Source: Octopus bimaculoides
Lineage: Eukaryota
Assembly (NCBI RefSeq): GCF_001194135.2
Contig: NC_068990.1
Span: forward strand, 28,590,023 to 28,642,964
Reading direction: 5' to 3'
Length of the DNA: 52,942 nucleotides
Shown: positions 51,681 to 52,942 of the stretch, piece by piece
Layout: each line of letters begins with the position of its first letter
Numbering within the stretch: position 1 is the stretch's first letter
Made by a program: the position numbers and the translations under genes
The notes under the pieces: generated by a model
The model's input: the letters and a program-made list of their open reading frames with translations, nothing else
Database searches by the model: none
Told to the model about the DNA's origin: nothing

Positions 51681-52302
51681 ACGTATGTGTTCAAACACCG
51701 GAAATTCTCCTCAAATAATTTTTACGCTTAATCATTAATCGCGCGCCATAAAATCTTGAGATAGACATTGCTTGGTTCTACGTAACCAAACGCAAAAGAA
51801 ATAGAGAAATATAAATATAATAAACATTTCGGAATGGTTTGAATCCAACCACCATTCGCTAGGAAAAAGTAATAACTTCCATGGTGCTAAATCTCTTTCG
51901 TGTGTTTGTAGGCATTCCATAGCAGAAAATATTATTGTATACCGACATGAAGCCAAATAATTTTCTTGGCAAGAATATGGTCAAAGCGTATTTTAATATT
52001 AACGTAAACCTGGTTGAATTGTTCCACTCAAACAAAAATGATAGAGTTAATAATTTGTAACCAAGCTGCAACCGAAAATTACTTTCTGGTCCCCATTTGT
52101 ATTCCATTTGTATCAATGTATTTGAAAGGTTATTTGATTACTTTTTATGTAAAATAATAATAGTGTAAAACATGCGCGAAATCTTCAAGAATAAATTCTT
52201 TATATTTCGATATATATTTATATATATGATAGTGAGCAAAAATATACGACCAGGAAAGGGAATGTAACGATAAAGCGATCTCACACGTACTTGTACATGC
52301 AG

Positions 52303-52430
52303 CGGCAATCAGCCGAGGTGTGTTGAGCCGGTTCCAATTAACGAGTTCACCACAGCCCTTATGAATGCTGTAAGAGTAAGCGATTCGGATAGCGAGCACG
52401 CCGAAGCCGTGCTCAGCATTCGCTCTTTAG
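52303..52430 (+). CDS. Candidate exon, LLTP alpha-helical domain: GNQPRCVEPVPINEFTTALMNAVRVSDSDSEHAEAVLSIRSL(G)
   Basis: Acceptor ttgtacatgcag, donor TAG|GTACGG, GC-rich; the C...helix...E...VLSIRSLG pattern matches vitellogenin CPxExLQP...EEIVLALKALGN and the MTP CKLKAVVEA...YLLALKNA segment. Confidence 0.55.
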
Positions 52431-52461
52431 GTACGGAGTTCATGTTCGGAGGTTCAGCGGG

Positions 52462-52530
52462 AACACACGTTCGCATGTGGTCTCCGCTCACATGCAAACA
52501 CAGTTTCGCATGTGGTCTCCGGTCACATGC
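52462..52530. repeat. 35-bp tandem duplication, each unit a gcatgtg...cacatgc hairpin
   Basis: gcatgtggtctccgctcacatgc at 52473 and gcatgtggtctccggtcacatgc at 52508. Confidence 0.9.
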
Positions 52531-52881
52531 TCCTCTTGCCGTCAATTGTCGCCCATTGCAAAGGAATCTCTTACCAAGTTACCGCCCATTGCTGTACCAA
52601 AATTCGAAACTAATCTCATAAAATATCATAGAATTTGTTTCATCAGGTAATTGTAACGTGTTAACGGCCTTCGAAACGTAGGTACTCACGTATAAATATG
52701 CACATATATAGTGTGTGTATTACACACACACACACAAACAAACAAGAGAAAGCGATCCAGGTTTTTGAATACATCTACGACAATCTTGTGCAGATCTCCC
52801 AGGCCTTTTAACAGGTATTTTAAGAACTGTCGTCTATTCAACCCCAAGCAGTTGCAATATGTGGCTCTGAATCCTGATATA

Positions 52882-52886
<5 letters not shown>

Positions 52887-52942
<56 letters not shown>
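52887..52942. repeat. (GT)n microsatellite
   Basis: Directly visible. Confidence 0.98.

Noticed and set aside
52635-52690. Hammerhead halves CTGATGA and GAAACGTA
   Set aside because: They lie on opposite strands and stem I does not pair.

Overview
AT-rich eukaryotic genomic DNA, dense in microsatellites, with many N gaps that mostly sit next to simple repeats. The tRNA-derived SINE families look like those of Octopus (recalled from memory, not searched). Nearly all ORFs in the supplied track are microsatellite or N-gap artefacts, or pieces of decayed retroelements. Repeats seen: about 25 SINE copies from several families, four R4/Dong-type (RLE) LINE pieces including a ~2.5 kb copy, a decayed Penelope-like RT, MITE-like elements and a possible Polinton-type remnant. 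Five widely spaced, GC-richer, splice-bounded + strand frames (10.6k, 14.8k, 19.7k, 30.1k, 52.3k) align in order, weakly and by eye, to the lipoprotein N-terminal domain of the large lipid transfer protein family (MTP/vitellogenin/apolipophorin). The window may therefore be mostly intron of a divergent LLTP gene. Best oddities: a type I hammerhead-ribozyme cassette with a palindromic stem III and a U4C core variant at 37096-37159, a ~34-bp minisatellite built of overlapping STAT/ETS/HSE/kB-like motifs at 16.15-16.73k, and several inverted-repeat fold-backs. All protein similarities are manual and unverified; repeat boundaries are approximate.
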